A DNA stretch of 64,000 nucleotides from Planctomycetota bacterium (lineage in GTDB: Bacteria; Planctomycetota; B15-G4; JADJEK01), in the NCBI GenBank assembly GCA_044225365.1, contig JBGAIQ010000003.1, forward strand, positions 192,880-256,879, read 5' to 3'. The first letter of the stretch is position 1. Every line of letters starts with the position of its first letter. The translations under genes and the position numbers were made by a program. The notes under the pieces were generated by a model that saw nothing but the letters and a program-made list of their open reading frames with translations, made no database searches and was not told the origin of the DNA. This document shows positions 20,269-29,625 of the stretch, in pieces.

Positions 20269-22485
20269 TCACTGGAACGTGAGGATCTTCGTGTCCGAGA
20301 CCCGGAACTTCTGCGTGAACTTGGGCGGGCCGCACGAGGCACCCGTCGCGTTCGAGGGCAGCAGGTCGATGATCTGCAGGCCGACGGAGAAGCCGAGGAT
20401 GCCGGGATCGCAGGGGACCTGCGTGATCGTCGACGCGATCGGGATCATCGTGATCGGGTTCACGCCGAGGATGCAGCCGCCCTGACCCGGGCAGAGCGGG
20501 ATCGAGGTCGGGATGCCGATCGCGAGCAGCGGATTCGTCGTCCCGGTGATCGCGAGCGTGAGGAAGCCTCCGATCGCCGGTGGGCCGCCGATCGCGAAGC
20601 CGGGCTCGGGCGCCCCGCACCCCGTCTGCACGGTCGCGACGCCGCCCGCGCCGATCTCCGATCGCAGCGAGCCCAGGATGTCGCTCGACGCGCCGGGCGA
20701 GGCCTGCCATGCGAACAGGACGGGAGCGTCGAGTTGGCCGACACCTGCGGCCAGGGCGAGGCGCTGCGGTTGCCCCGCCGTTCCTTGCGCCATCTGGATC
20801 CCGGTCTCGATGAATCCGAAATCTCCATCCTGCAGGGGATCGATCGCGAACGTCGCGGTGCGCACGTCGTAGTCGGCGATCACGAGCGATCGCGAGCGAT
20901 ACCCGTACGTGATCCGGCAACCGTTGAGCGTGACGACGGGCTCGATCTGATCGGCGAATTCGAGCGCGGAGTACTCGACCTTGGAGAGATCGAAGTCCAG
21001 GTGCGAGCCGAAGAAGTGATTCGAGGACGGAATGTAGCGCAACACGTCGCACTCGATGTCGTGCGCGGACCCGCTGTTCGGATCCGCGTTCTCGTAGATG
21101 ACGACGGCGTCGTCACCATTGCCGTCGGCGTCGGCATGGAAGGGAACGCCGACGGGGTGCGACTCGAGGGAGCCCAGGCCATCGAACTGAACGCCGTTCT
21201 GATCGACCCCCGTCATCACGAGCGATTGCGAGACGCCGACCTGGACGCTCTCGAAGCACACGAGGTACTTGCCGTTCGGGCCGGCGTTCTTCGTCACGTG
21301 GGGATCGAACGAGTTCTGGAACGACCCGGCGTGGAGATTCGCCACGACTCCGAGCGCTCCCGCCGCGGAAACGGTGCGCGAGCGAATCTGAGTGAGCGGA
21401 TCGGATTCGTCCTGCCACACGACGAGGAATGGATTCGCGATCGCGTTCGGCGAGGCCCCGACATCCGGATTGGCCTCGCCGACGAATCCGGTCGTGACGT
21501 CGAAGATCGCGCCCTGCGCCGAAGAGCTCGCCGTTCGCGAGCGCGCCTCGATCACGGGATCGGCGAATGGCGTCGAACGCCGCTGCCAGACCGCGAGGAA
21601 CGTGTCGCCCGTTCCGGCGATCGAGGAGTTGCTCGCGATGTTGAGGGCGAGGTCGACCCCGACCTCGTCGAGGAAGTTCCCGGCGGTATCGAAGCGCCGC
21701 GAGACGATATCGGTGTCGAGCCCGCTCACGACCTCCGTGTAGGTGACGAGGTAGCGCCCGTTCGTGAACGCGACGGCGGGGTCGGTGTCCTCGTCTGCAT
21801 CGGCGTCGATCACGACGTTCGTGATCAAGGGATCGATCGCGAGCGGGTACGAGGCCGAACGAAGCACCTCGTTGGGGACCGTGAGTTGGAGGGCGCCCCC
21901 GACGAATTCCGACTGGAACTGCCAGCTCGCCCCGCGCGCGTCTCGCACGGTCGCGTCGCCGTAGACGACGCTCGACAGACCGCCGGCATCGAAGAGCAGC
22001 CCGTGCTCGCGCCCACGGAAGTCGAGGTCGACGTCGGATCCGAGCCGGATCGTGAGATCGCCACGCTCCTTCGCACGCAGCGGACTTGCCGGCAACACGA
22101 AGGTCTGCTCGATGGAATCGACCGCGAGGTCGTAGCGCTCGAACACCGGATCGTCACCGCCGTGGGCCAACGTCACGCTCGCGCCGTTCAGGACAGGGGA
22201 GGCCGGGCTGAGTTCGAGCTCGCGATCCCCCACGGACATCGCCGCGAGCGTGAGATCGAGACGAAACGCTCGCTTCCCGCGCGCGCCCACCACGGGGTAG
22301 TACGTCACTCCCAAGGGCGAGAACGCCGCCTTCCACGTAGCTCCTTTGGCGTAGATGGCGTCGGCCACGACGTCGGTGAGGACCGTCGTGCGACGCAGCG
22401 CACTCCAAGCCAAGCCCATCGGCTGCGCGGGCGCGGACGGTTGTGAACCCAGGAGACCAAGACTCAGGGCAAGAGTGGGCAGCAT
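20269..22485 (-). CDS. Secreted protein: beta-rich N-domain, repeated P-x-V...(F/Y)LVVW propeller-like blades, Gly-Cys C-terminal domain
   Basis: Signal peptide MLPTLALSLGLLG; repeats DPAVA..YLVTY, NSSIA..FLAVWQ, NPDVG..FLVVWQ, DPHV..YLVCFE; C-terminus TGCG...GGPPAIGG...GCILGV. Confidence 0.7.
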   Translation of the reverse strand: MLPTLALSLGLLGSQPSAPAQPMGLAWSALRRTTVLTDVVADAIYAKGATWKAAFSPLGVTYYPVVGARGKRAFRLDLTLAAMSVGDRELELSPASPVLNGASVTLAHGGDDPVFERYDLAVDSIEQTFVLPASPLRAKERGDLTIRLGSDVDLDFRGREHGLLFDAGGLSSVVYGDATVRDARGASWQFQSEFVGGALQLTVPNEVLRSASYPLAIDPLITNVVIDADADEDTDPAVAFTNGRYLVTYTEVVSGLDTDIVSRRFDTAGNFLDEVGVDLALNIASNSSIAGTGDTFLAVWQRRSTPFADPVIEARSRTASSSAQGAIFDVTTGFVGEANPDVGASPNAIANPFLVVWQDESDPLTQIRSRTVSAAGALGVVANLHAGSFQNSFDPHVTKNAGPNGKYLVCFESVQVGVSQSLVMTGVDQNGVQFDGLGSLESHPVGVPFHADADGNGDDAVVIYENADPNSGSAHDIECDVLRYIPSSNHFFGSHLDFDLSKVEYSALEFADQIEPVVTLNGCRITYGYRSRSLVIADYDVRTATFAIDPLQDGDFGFIETGIQMAQGTAGQPQRLALAAGVGQLDAPVLFAWQASPGASSDILGSLRSEIGAGGVATVQTGCGAPEPGFAIGGPPAIGGFLTLAITGTTNPLLAIGIPTSIPLCPGQGGCILGVNPITMIPIASTITQVPCDPGILGFSVGLQIIDLLPSNATGASCGPPKFTQKFRVSDTKILTFQ

Positions 22486-22606
22486 GATTCGTCCTCTCCG
22501 ATCATCGAGATCGTTCGTGCTCGTCGTGCGAAACGCCAGACGAGGACGAGGACGCAACGCGCCGGAAGTCGCGACAAGAAATGCAGCGTCGAATCGAGCG
22601 ATCGGC

Positions 22607-23551
22607 TCAGGAAGCCCGCGCCGGACTCCGTGCTCGTGACGAGGCGAGGAAGACGCCGAGGAGGATCAGCCCCGCGCCGGCGAGGGTCGTCGCGGTGATC
22701 GGCTCGTCCGCGAGCGTCGCGCCGAGGAATACCGCGAGAGCCGGCGTGAGATAGGCAGTGAGCGCGAGTACGTTCGCCGGCGCGCGCCGCATCAGCCAGT
22801 AGTAGAGGCCGAAGGTCGCAACCGTGCCGAACAGCGAGAGGAAGAGCACGGAGCCCACCGCACCCGAAGTGAAACGGAGGGGATGCGCGCTGCCGCGTTC
22901 GGCGGCAAACGCGACGCACCCGATCTGGGCAGCCGACAGCCACATCGCGTTTCGATTCAGCAGGAGCGAACTGACGCCCGCCCCATGCTTCTTCACGTAG
23001 AGCGTGCCGAGCGTCACAACGAAGGGGGAACCGAGCATGAGGAAAGCGGGTCCGATGGCGGCCTTGCCGAGAGCCGGAACGTCGCGCAGGAACAGGAGCG
23101 CAACACCGAGGAAACCGACGACGAATCCGAGACTCTGGGCGCGGCGCAACCGCTCGCCGGGAAGGACGAGATTCGCGCCGATCGCAAGCATCAAGGGGTA
23201 GGTCGCGAAGAGCAGGCTCGCGAGCGCCGATGGGATGAACTGTTCCACGTAGTAGACGATGGTGTAGGAACCCGTGAAGTTCAGGGTTCCGAGCACGACG
23301 TAGAGCCGAATGGGCGGCGCCGCTCCGCCCTCGCGGCGGGCGAGGACTTTGGCGAGGAGCGAGAAGCCGAACGCGGCGATCAGGAAGCGCAGGAACAGGC
23401 CGGTGAACGCCGGAAGATCCTCGAGCCCGATGCGAATGACGAGCCAGGTCGAGCCCCAGATGAGCGACATGAACGCGATTCCACCGGCGAGAGTGGCACG
23501 CGAGATCTCCGGCCGCCCTAGATCGTCGGAAGCCGATTCGGAACCGCTCAC
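22607..23551 (-). CDS. DMT/EamA family transporter
   Basis: IWGSTW, RF motif, about 10 hydrophobic helices in two EamA repeats, YLTPALAVFLG...E. Confidence 0.92.
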   Translation of the reverse strand: MSGSESASDDLGRPEISRATLAGGIAFMSLIWGSTWLVIRIGLEDLPAFTGLFLRFLIAAFGFSLLAKVLARREGGAAPPIRLYVVLGTLNFTGSYTIVYYVEQFIPSALASLLFATYPLMLAIGANLVLPGERLRRAQSLGFVVGFLGVALLFLRDVPALGKAAIGPAFLMLGSPFVVTLGTLYVKKHGAGVSSLLLNRNAMWLSAAQIGCVAFAAERGSAHPLRFTSGAVGSVLFLSLFGTVATFGLYYWLMRRAPANVLALTAYLTPALAVFLGATLADEPITATTLAGAGLILLGVFLASSRARSPARAS

Positions 23552-23606
23552 GTCAGGTCGTCTCGTCGCGGGTCATAAAAAAAGTAGCGATTCCAACTTT
23601 CAGTCT

Positions 23607-23782
23607 TGTTCCACACAATGGGGATCGCTCAGAACAAGGCGACGTCAATGCAATATGTAGAAATCATCTGGCGCATAGATCGCTGCTGACAAAGCACTTG
23701 CGCGCGACCTGAGAGGTCGTATCAGCAACTTCCAACTGCGGATTCGACTCGCCCGAACGGGCTTTCCCACAGGTTATCCACA
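23607..23782 (+). promoter_or_regulatory. DnaA-box cluster in an AT-enriched intergenic region
   Basis: Perfect TTATCCACA 23774-23782 preceded by TTTCCCACA 23763-23771 (2 nt apart); TGTTCCACA 23607-23615; locally lower GC at about 23570-23700. Confidence 0.5.
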
Positions 23783-24144
23783 GTGCCCAAAAGGTGGGTT
23801 TACCGCACTGCGGAGCCATCGAAAGATGGTTTCCGTGTTACTCACGAGCGACGTATTCGAAGGCCGCTCGATTTCGCGATCGAATCAGCGCTCCGAGCGG
23901 GGCGATTCGCCTTCCGACGTCGGGGTCGCGCCGGGTTGCGACGAGTGAGCCCACCACCGACGGCGACCCGAATCCGAGCGCACCTGAGCCATTCGACGAC
24001 GGCGACGACGCATGGCACTCTCCTCCGAACCGGAACGAGCTTGTCCACGAGAGCCACTTCGCCCAACCGCGAGCGAAGCCGGCGAGTCCGTCCGATCGAA
24101 TCGCACGAGTTCACCTCGCGCGATCGATCGCCCACTGAATTCGT

Positions 24145-25179
24145 TCAGCGCTGCATTCCGTACACGGCGACGAGCAACGCCACGATCGCGATGACGAGCA
24201 GGAAGACGACGAGTCGCGTCGAGCTGCTGTTGCGCTTCAGGAGTTCCTCGACCCGCGCGTCCTGCGACGCCTGATGCTTGCGCAGTTCCTCGACGAGCGT
24301 CTCCTGGCGGCGCGACGTCGTCACCTGGACGTCCTCCACCGCGCGCTTCACGCCCTGGAATTCCGACGTGAGGCGCTGCTGCGTCTCGCGCGCCGAGCGA
24401 TCGGCCTGCTCCGAAGTGCGGGCGAGCTGCGTGACCTGATCCTGGAAGCGCTGTTCCATCGCGTCGAGACTGCCCGGCAGATCGCGCATCTTGGCGAGCA
24501 ACTCGTTCGTGCTGCGACCCTGGAACTCGAGGATGCTCGAGATCGTGTTGAGGAGTTCGATGCCGGCGCGCGAGGCGTCGGGCATGTCCTTGATCATTTC
24601 CGGAATGCGCCGCACCGAGACGATGAGCTCTTCCGACGTCTTCTGCTGCTGATCGATCTTGGTGTCGATGCCACGCAGCACCGTCGAGAGACCCGTGAAG
24701 CCCTCCTGGAGCTTCAGCGAGATCTCTTCGCGCCGCGTCATCTCCGTCGCCTGGATCGGCTCGTTGGACGGGAGCTGTACGACGGCTTCGACCTTGACCG
24801 AGGGTGCCTCGGGCGGAATGGGCTTCTTGTCGGCGGCCGGAGCCGCAGCCTTCGAGCTGGGAATGATCTCTTCGAGTTCAGGACGCGCCGTCGCAGCGCC
24901 ATTCCCGTTCGACGGGCTCGCCGCCTTGACGCCGTTCAGCGGCTTGCCGGAAGAGGCACTTTTCGTATTCGGCGCATTCGTCCCGTTCGCACGGGGCGGC
25001 GTGCGCTTCGCCTTCTCGGCTTCCTCGTCGAAATCGATGTCGGGCAGGCGCGCCTTGGTCGCGACGCGGGAACCGGCGCCTCCGCCCGCCTTCGAGGCTG
25101 CGCGCGAGGGGACTTCGACGGCGGCGTCCGCATTGCCACCACGACCGAACAAGCGGGCGAAGAACGACTTCTTGACCAT
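24145..25179 (-). CDS. Hypothetical protein: N-terminal amphipathic helix, low-complexity linker, coiled coil, C-terminal TM anchor
   Basis: MVKKSFFARLFGRG start; Ala/Pro/Lys-rich linker; heptad-like Q/E/L/R region; terminal LVVFLLVIAIVALLVAVYG. Confidence 0.8.
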   Translation of the reverse strand: MVKKSFFARLFGRGGNADAAVEVPSRAASKAGGGAGSRVATKARLPDIDFDEEAEKAKRTPPRANGTNAPNTKSASSGKPLNGVKAASPSNGNGAATARPELEEIIPSSKAAAPAADKKPIPPEAPSVKVEAVVQLPSNEPIQATEMTRREEISLKLQEGFTGLSTVLRGIDTKIDQQQKTSEELIVSVRRIPEMIKDMPDASRAGIELLNTISSILEFQGRSTNELLAKMRDLPGSLDAMEQRFQDQVTQLARTSEQADRSARETQQRLTSEFQGVKRAVEDVQVTTSRRQETLVEELRKHQASQDARVEELLKRNSSSTRLVVFLLVIAIVALLVAVYGMQR

Positions 25180-25545
25180 GACTCGGGCTCCGTACTTCCG
25201 GGTGCTCGTCTGTGCTCAGACTCGGGGTTGGCTCTCGGATGATTCTTGTGGACTCTGGGCGGCGGCGAGAATGCGCAGAACCTTTCGCCGAGGACCTTGG
25301 GCCAAAGGGCCGGTTTGGGCCCGTTCGGGGCATGTCCTGCGAACGACGGATTCGACGTAGCGAGTTTGCCCGCGATGAAGGCGGGGAAGCAGCCGATGGA
25401 GGAGGGTGCGACCCGCGATGGCAGACGGAGTCCGAAGGAATCCGGTACCGATCCGGCGCGCTCGAACCCTCCGCGGTCACCGCCCCACGGTCAAGCGCTT
25501 GCGGTGCCGAGAATACACGAAATGCGGTGGCCAACATCGAATTTC

Positions 25546-25563
25546 ACCACGATATCTTGTGGT
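25546..25563. promoter_or_regulatory. NrdR-box-like palindrome ACCACGATATCTTGTGGT
   Basis: Resembles the NrdR consensus acaCwAtATaTwGtg; ends 16 nt upstream of the cca start. Confidence 0.45.
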
Positions 25564-25579
25564 CTACGGATTCGAATTC

Positions 25580-26908
25580 ATGGCTGAAAACGCACCTCCG
25601 AACCTGGCGGGCGCCCACGGTCGAGCCCCCGAGCCATCCGCTGCGGACCTCGCCCTCGCCCGCGAGGTCGCGCGGGCCGCGGCCGCGCGGGGCGGACGCG
25701 CATACCTCGTCGGCGGCTGCGTCCGCGACTCCTTGCGCGGCATGCCGCGCAAGGACCTCGATGTCGAGGTCTTTCGCGTCGCTCCTGCGGCACTCGAGGA
25801 ATTGCTGGGCACGATCGGCCGCGTCGACGCCGTCGGCAAGGCCTTCGGCATCTTCAAACTCACGCGCAACGGCACGACGATCGACGTCGGATTGCCGCGC
25901 CGGGAACGCGCGGTCGGCCACGGCCATCGCGACTTCTCGATCACGTCGGATCCCGAACTCGACGTCCGCACTGCCGCGTCGCGCCGCGACCTCACGATCA
26001 ACGCCATCCTCGAGGACCTGCTCACCGGCGAGATCGTCGATCCGTGGAACGGCCGCGCCGATCTCTACCGCGGCGTGCTGCGTCACGTGTCGGATGCCTT
26101 CGCGGAGGATCCCCTGCGCGTACTGCGAGTGGTGCAATTCGCGGCTCGCTTCGAATTCGCGATCGCGGAGGAGACCGCCGCGTTGTGCCGCAGCATCGAT
26201 CTGCGCGCACTGCCGCGCGAGCGCATCGCCGATGAGATCGCGAAATGGCTCACGCTCTCGCGCCGTCCGTCGCTCGGTCTCGCGGCGTTCGTCGCGACCG
26301 GGGCCCACGGTCTCGTTCCCGAACTCCGTCTCGACGATCCGCGGTACGCGGATGCGACGCTGGCGCGAGGACGACGACTCGATGCGGCGGCCGCTCGGCT
26401 CGCCACCCTCGACGATCCGATCGCATTCATGCTGGCGGCGCTCTTCGCACCGCTGCCAACGGATGCCGCGCCTGCGGAGGCGGGCGCGATCGCCACTCGC
26501 GTCGAGTCGTGGAGCCTCGGGCTCGACCGGGCACGGCTGGCGACGGCGCTCGCGGTCGCACTCGAAGAGGCCCGCAGGCTGTGCGATGTCGATGACTCGC
26601 CCACGCTGCGAAGGCTCGCGCTGCGCGCCCCGCTCCATCCCCTGTGCCTGCTCCTCGAAGCGGAGGGCGAGATGCTCGGCGTCCCGCGGACGCAACTGCG
26701 CACCCGGGCGGCGGCGATCGGCGTCCTCGACGCGCCGCCGAGTCCGTGGCTCCTCGGGCGGGACCTGCTCGCACTCGGCGCTCCCCCGGGCAAGGCGCTC
26801 GGCGCGCTGCTCGCCGAAGCGTTCGATCGGCAGTTGGACGGGGAACTCGCGGATCGCGATGCGGCGCTCGAATTCGCGCGGCAACGCCTTTCGCGGCCAC
26901 CGTCGTGA
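25580..26908 (+). CDS. cca: CCA tRNA nucleotidyltransferase (class II, no HD domain)
   Basis: LVGGCVRD..DLDVE, RRE plus full flexible loop, RRDLTINA, EDPLRVLR..QFAARF, ERI, C-terminal GRDLLALG..PG. Start at ATG 25580. Confidence 0.85.
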   Translation: MAENAPPNLAGAHGRAPEPSAADLALAREVARAAAARGGRAYLVGGCVRDSLRGMPRKDLDVEVFRVAPAALEELLGTIGRVDAVGKAFGIFKLTRNGTTIDVGLPRRERAVGHGHRDFSITSDPELDVRTAASRRDLTINAILEDLLTGEIVDPWNGRADLYRGVLRHVSDAFAEDPLRVLRVVQFAARFEFAIAEETAALCRSIDLRALPRERIADEIAKWLTLSRRPSLGLAAFVATGAHGLVPELRLDDPRYADATLARGRRLDAAAARLATLDDPIAFMLAALFAPLPTDAAPAEAGAIATRVESWSLGLDRARLATALAVALEEARRLCDVDDSPTLRRLALRAPLHPLCLLLEAEGEMLGVPRTQLRTRAAAIGVLDAPPSPWLLGRDLLALGAPPGKALGALLAEAFDRQLDGELADRDAALEFARQRLSRPPS

Positions 26909-26943
26909 ATCGTCGACTCCTGTTCGTGAATTGCACCGGACAG

Positions 26944-26973
26944 TTGCAATTCGCAAGCTCCCTCCCGTAGACT
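26944..26973 (+). promoter_or_regulatory. Sigma-70 promoter of tRNA-Ala
   Basis: TTGCAA-N18-TAGACT followed by a GC-rich discriminator, 30 nt before the tRNA. Confidence 0.6.
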
Positions 26974-27003
26974 CCCGCGCTTCGACATCCAGACATACTT
27001 CGT

Positions 27004-27079
27004 GGGGCGTTAGCTCAGCTGGGAGAGCGCCAGGATGGCATTCTGGAGGTCAGGGGTTCAATCCCCCTACGCTCCACCA
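27004..27079 (+). tRNA. tRNA-Ala(GGC)
   Basis: 76-nt cloverleaf: acceptor GGGGCGT/ACGCTCC with G3:U70, D arm AGCTCAGCTGGGAGAGC, anticodon loop ATGGCAT, GGTTCAA T-loop, encoded CCA. Confidence 0.97.
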
Positions 27080-27087
27080 CGAATCGC

Positions 27088-27131
27088 GCGGCCGCGCGGC
27101 ACCCCTCCAAGCGAGTGGGCCGCGCGGCCGC
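27088..27131. terminator. GC-rich hairpin between convergent tRNA-Ala and sulfatase genes
   Basis: GCGGCCGCGCGGC ... GCCGCGCGGCCGC inverted repeat. Confidence 0.5.
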
Positions 27132-29597
27132 TCACTTTCTCGTGCGCGGCACTACGTCGGAGAGGGCACGTAGCCGAGGCGACATCTTCGAGATCGCGTC
27201 TTGGGGCAGGAGCGTCTCGCCGAGCCGAAGACGCTGACGCAAGGCAGCGCAGTCGCGCAGCGTCGAGTCGAGGAACGTCTTGAAGCGCGTGCTTCGCGCG
27301 GACTCCGCCGCGATCTCGTTCGTTCGTTCGCCGGGATCCGTGAGCAGGTCGTATGCTTCGCGATCGATCCTCGACCCGAAGGATGACGGCGACGAGGATG
27401 GCGGGGAAGGCGAAGCGCTCTCGACGTACTCGAACCCCGACGCGATCACCGCGTCGCTCAGGCCGCGCTGCGGATCGTGAACGCGCGCGAGGATCGGCCG
27501 GAACGGCAACTCCTTGGCACTTTCCCGCTCGACCCCGCCGAGCAAGACACCCTGCGCGTCCGGCATCGGCGGTAGACCCGCGAGATCGAGGATCGTCGGA
27601 GCCACGTCGACGAGGCTCACCGCCGTATCGACGACGACGCCCGCGGTCTGGAAGGGCGCCTTCACGATCAAGGGCACGCGGAGCGATTCGTCGTAGAGCG
27701 TCTCGCCGTGTCCGAATCGTCCATGCTCGAACAACTCCTGCCCGTGATCCGCGAGCACGACGACGAGAGTGCGATCGAACGTGCCGCGATCGATCAGACG
27801 GCGCACGACGTCCCCCACCATCTGATCGGCGGCCATCACCGTCGCGTCGTAGGCGATGCGCAGGCGCGCCGGGTCCGCTTCGGAAACGGCGCCGGGCGCG
27901 ATCTTGAACCGCTCCGCGAGCGGCTTCGGCGGCAGGAAACCCTGAGCCATGAGCGTGTGGAGGAAGAGAAATGCGGGCGCCGTCGGTTCCTCGTCCAGGA
28001 AGTCGAAGGCGCGGGACAACGAGCCGGTCGTGCCGTCGGGGAAGCGCCCGTTCGTGACGCCGATCCCCGCGGACCCGCGATCGCCGATCGGGTCGACCTC
28101 GCAGAAACGGTCGAATCCGCGCGCGAAGCCGAACGCCTCGGAAACGGTACCGCCGCCAGTGAAGGCCGCGGTCCGGTAACCGTGCTTCGCGATCGTAGTC
28201 GTCACGAGCGGGACGTCGCCGCCTACGCATCGCGTGGTGTCCTCCACGCCGTGTGTCGCGGGCAGGAGGGAGGAGAACAGTGTCGCATGGCTCGGCAGCG
28301 TCCACGGTGCGTTGGCGTAGGCGTGCGAGAAGCGAGTGCCGCGTTGCGCGAGCCAATCGATGTTCGGAGTGAGCCCCGCCTTGTTGCCCGCGCTCCCGAG
28401 GCGATCCGCGCGCAGGCCGTCGAGACAGAGAAGGACGATGTCCGGAGCGGGCGCAAACCTGGTCCATCCGCCGCGGGCTCCATCGTGCGATCCCATCAGC
28501 ACGGGTTCGCAGAAGAACACGAGCGACGGATCGCTGGCGACAGCGACGTCACTGTCTCCGAGTTCGGCTTCGAACTCGAGGTGCACTCGGCGCCCCGCCT
28601 GCGCCAAAAGATCGATGCGCACGAGCGCTGCCGAGGAATCGGCGGGCGGCGGTGCGTCGTCGTAGAGGCGCGTTCGCGTCCCTCCGTCGACGACTTCGAT
28701 CCGCGCCTTCGGCGCAACGCCGCTCGATCGATGCGAAGCGACTCGCAGCGCTAGGACCGCGTCGGGCGGGACCGCGAACTCCACCGTCGACAGCACTCCG
28801 CCTGTCGGTACGACGAGGCAAGGCGACGCGATCGCGCCGAGTTCGACATTCGCGACGAAATGATCGGAAATGGCATTGGTCGCCACGTACTGCGCGAGCG
28901 GCGGGAGTTCGAAGACCTTCACCGCCGCGACGCGCTCGAAGCGATCACCGTTCGCCGTGGCGAGCAGCAGCACCGAGCGCGTCCCGGGCGGCGGATAGAC
29001 GATCGCCTGCGCATTCACCTCGTCGCCGAGCGGCGGGACGAGCGCCGTGGCGATCCGACCCTTCCCAAATCGCGCTCGCAATGCACCGAGAGGCAATCGC
29101 GGCACGAGTTCGGGATGATCGTCGCCCAGGAAGACGACGCTGAGCGTGAGATGCCCCGCGGCTTCGAACGATCCCGCGGCTTCGATCAGCAACGGCGCGC
29201 TTCCGACGCGCGGCAACGCGAACGCGCATCCGACTTGCGGCGGCAGATGCAACACCGGAATACCGAGTTGACGCCGTAGCGAGTCGTAGGAGACTCCGGG
29301 CGGCGCGTAGTCCTTCGGTTCTCGAGATCCTTCGGAGAGTTCGTTCGCGATGCCGAAGTAGCGCCACTCGGAGCGGCCATCGAGCGCACACACCTCGCGG
29401 CAGTGTTCGCGGAGCGGACCTTCGCGCTTCACGAGGGAGAGTTCCGGAGTCGTGATCGAAGCGATGGCCTCGTTCGTCGCGAAGCGCAGGAGCACACCTC
29501 GGGAAGTCTCGCCCGGGCGCCGCAAGAGAGCGAAGCCGACGCTCAGCGCGCCGATCACGACGAGCACGCCGAAGAGGACGCCGAGCCGGCGCTTCAT
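27132..29597 (-). CDS. Membrane-anchored sulfatase-like (alkaline phosphatase superfamily) protein
   Basis: N-terminal TM; LDGLRAD; YANAPWTLPSHATLFS; GYRTAAF; ADHG; HGETLY; VPLI; LVDVAPTILDL; YDLLTDPGE. Start MKRRLG at 29597. Confidence 0.82.
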   Translation of the reverse strand: MKRRLGVLFGVLVVIGALSVGFALLRRPGETSRGVLLRFATNEAIASITTPELSLVKREGPLREHCREVCALDGRSEWRYFGIANELSEGSREPKDYAPPGVSYDSLRRQLGIPVLHLPPQVGCAFALPRVGSAPLLIEAAGSFEAAGHLTLSVVFLGDDHPELVPRLPLGALRARFGKGRIATALVPPLGDEVNAQAIVYPPPGTRSVLLLATANGDRFERVAAVKVFELPPLAQYVATNAISDHFVANVELGAIASPCLVVPTGGVLSTVEFAVPPDAVLALRVASHRSSGVAPKARIEVVDGGTRTRLYDDAPPPADSSAALVRIDLLAQAGRRVHLEFEAELGDSDVAVASDPSLVFFCEPVLMGSHDGARGGWTRFAPAPDIVLLCLDGLRADRLGSAGNKAGLTPNIDWLAQRGTRFSHAYANAPWTLPSHATLFSSLLPATHGVEDTTRCVGGDVPLVTTTIAKHGYRTAAFTGGGTVSEAFGFARGFDRFCEVDPIGDRGSAGIGVTNGRFPDGTTGSLSRAFDFLDEEPTAPAFLFLHTLMAQGFLPPKPLAERFKIAPGAVSEADPARLRIAYDATVMAADQMVGDVVRRLIDRGTFDRTLVVVLADHGQELFEHGRFGHGETLYDESLRVPLIVKAPFQTAGVVVDTAVSLVDVAPTILDLAGLPPMPDAQGVLLGGVERESAKELPFRPILARVHDPQRGLSDAVIASGFEYVESASPSPPSSSPSSFGSRIDREAYDLLTDPGERTNEIAAESARSTRFKTFLDSTLRDCAALRQRLRLGETLLPQDAISKMSPRLRALSDVVPRTRK

Positions 29598-29625
29598 CGC
29601 GGATCCATCCGTCTTCGGATTCTCG

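Noticed and set aside
25325-25545. ACGGATTCGAC resembling the tmRNA 5' end
   Set aside because: No matching acceptor stem, T-arm/CCA 3' end or tag reading frame.
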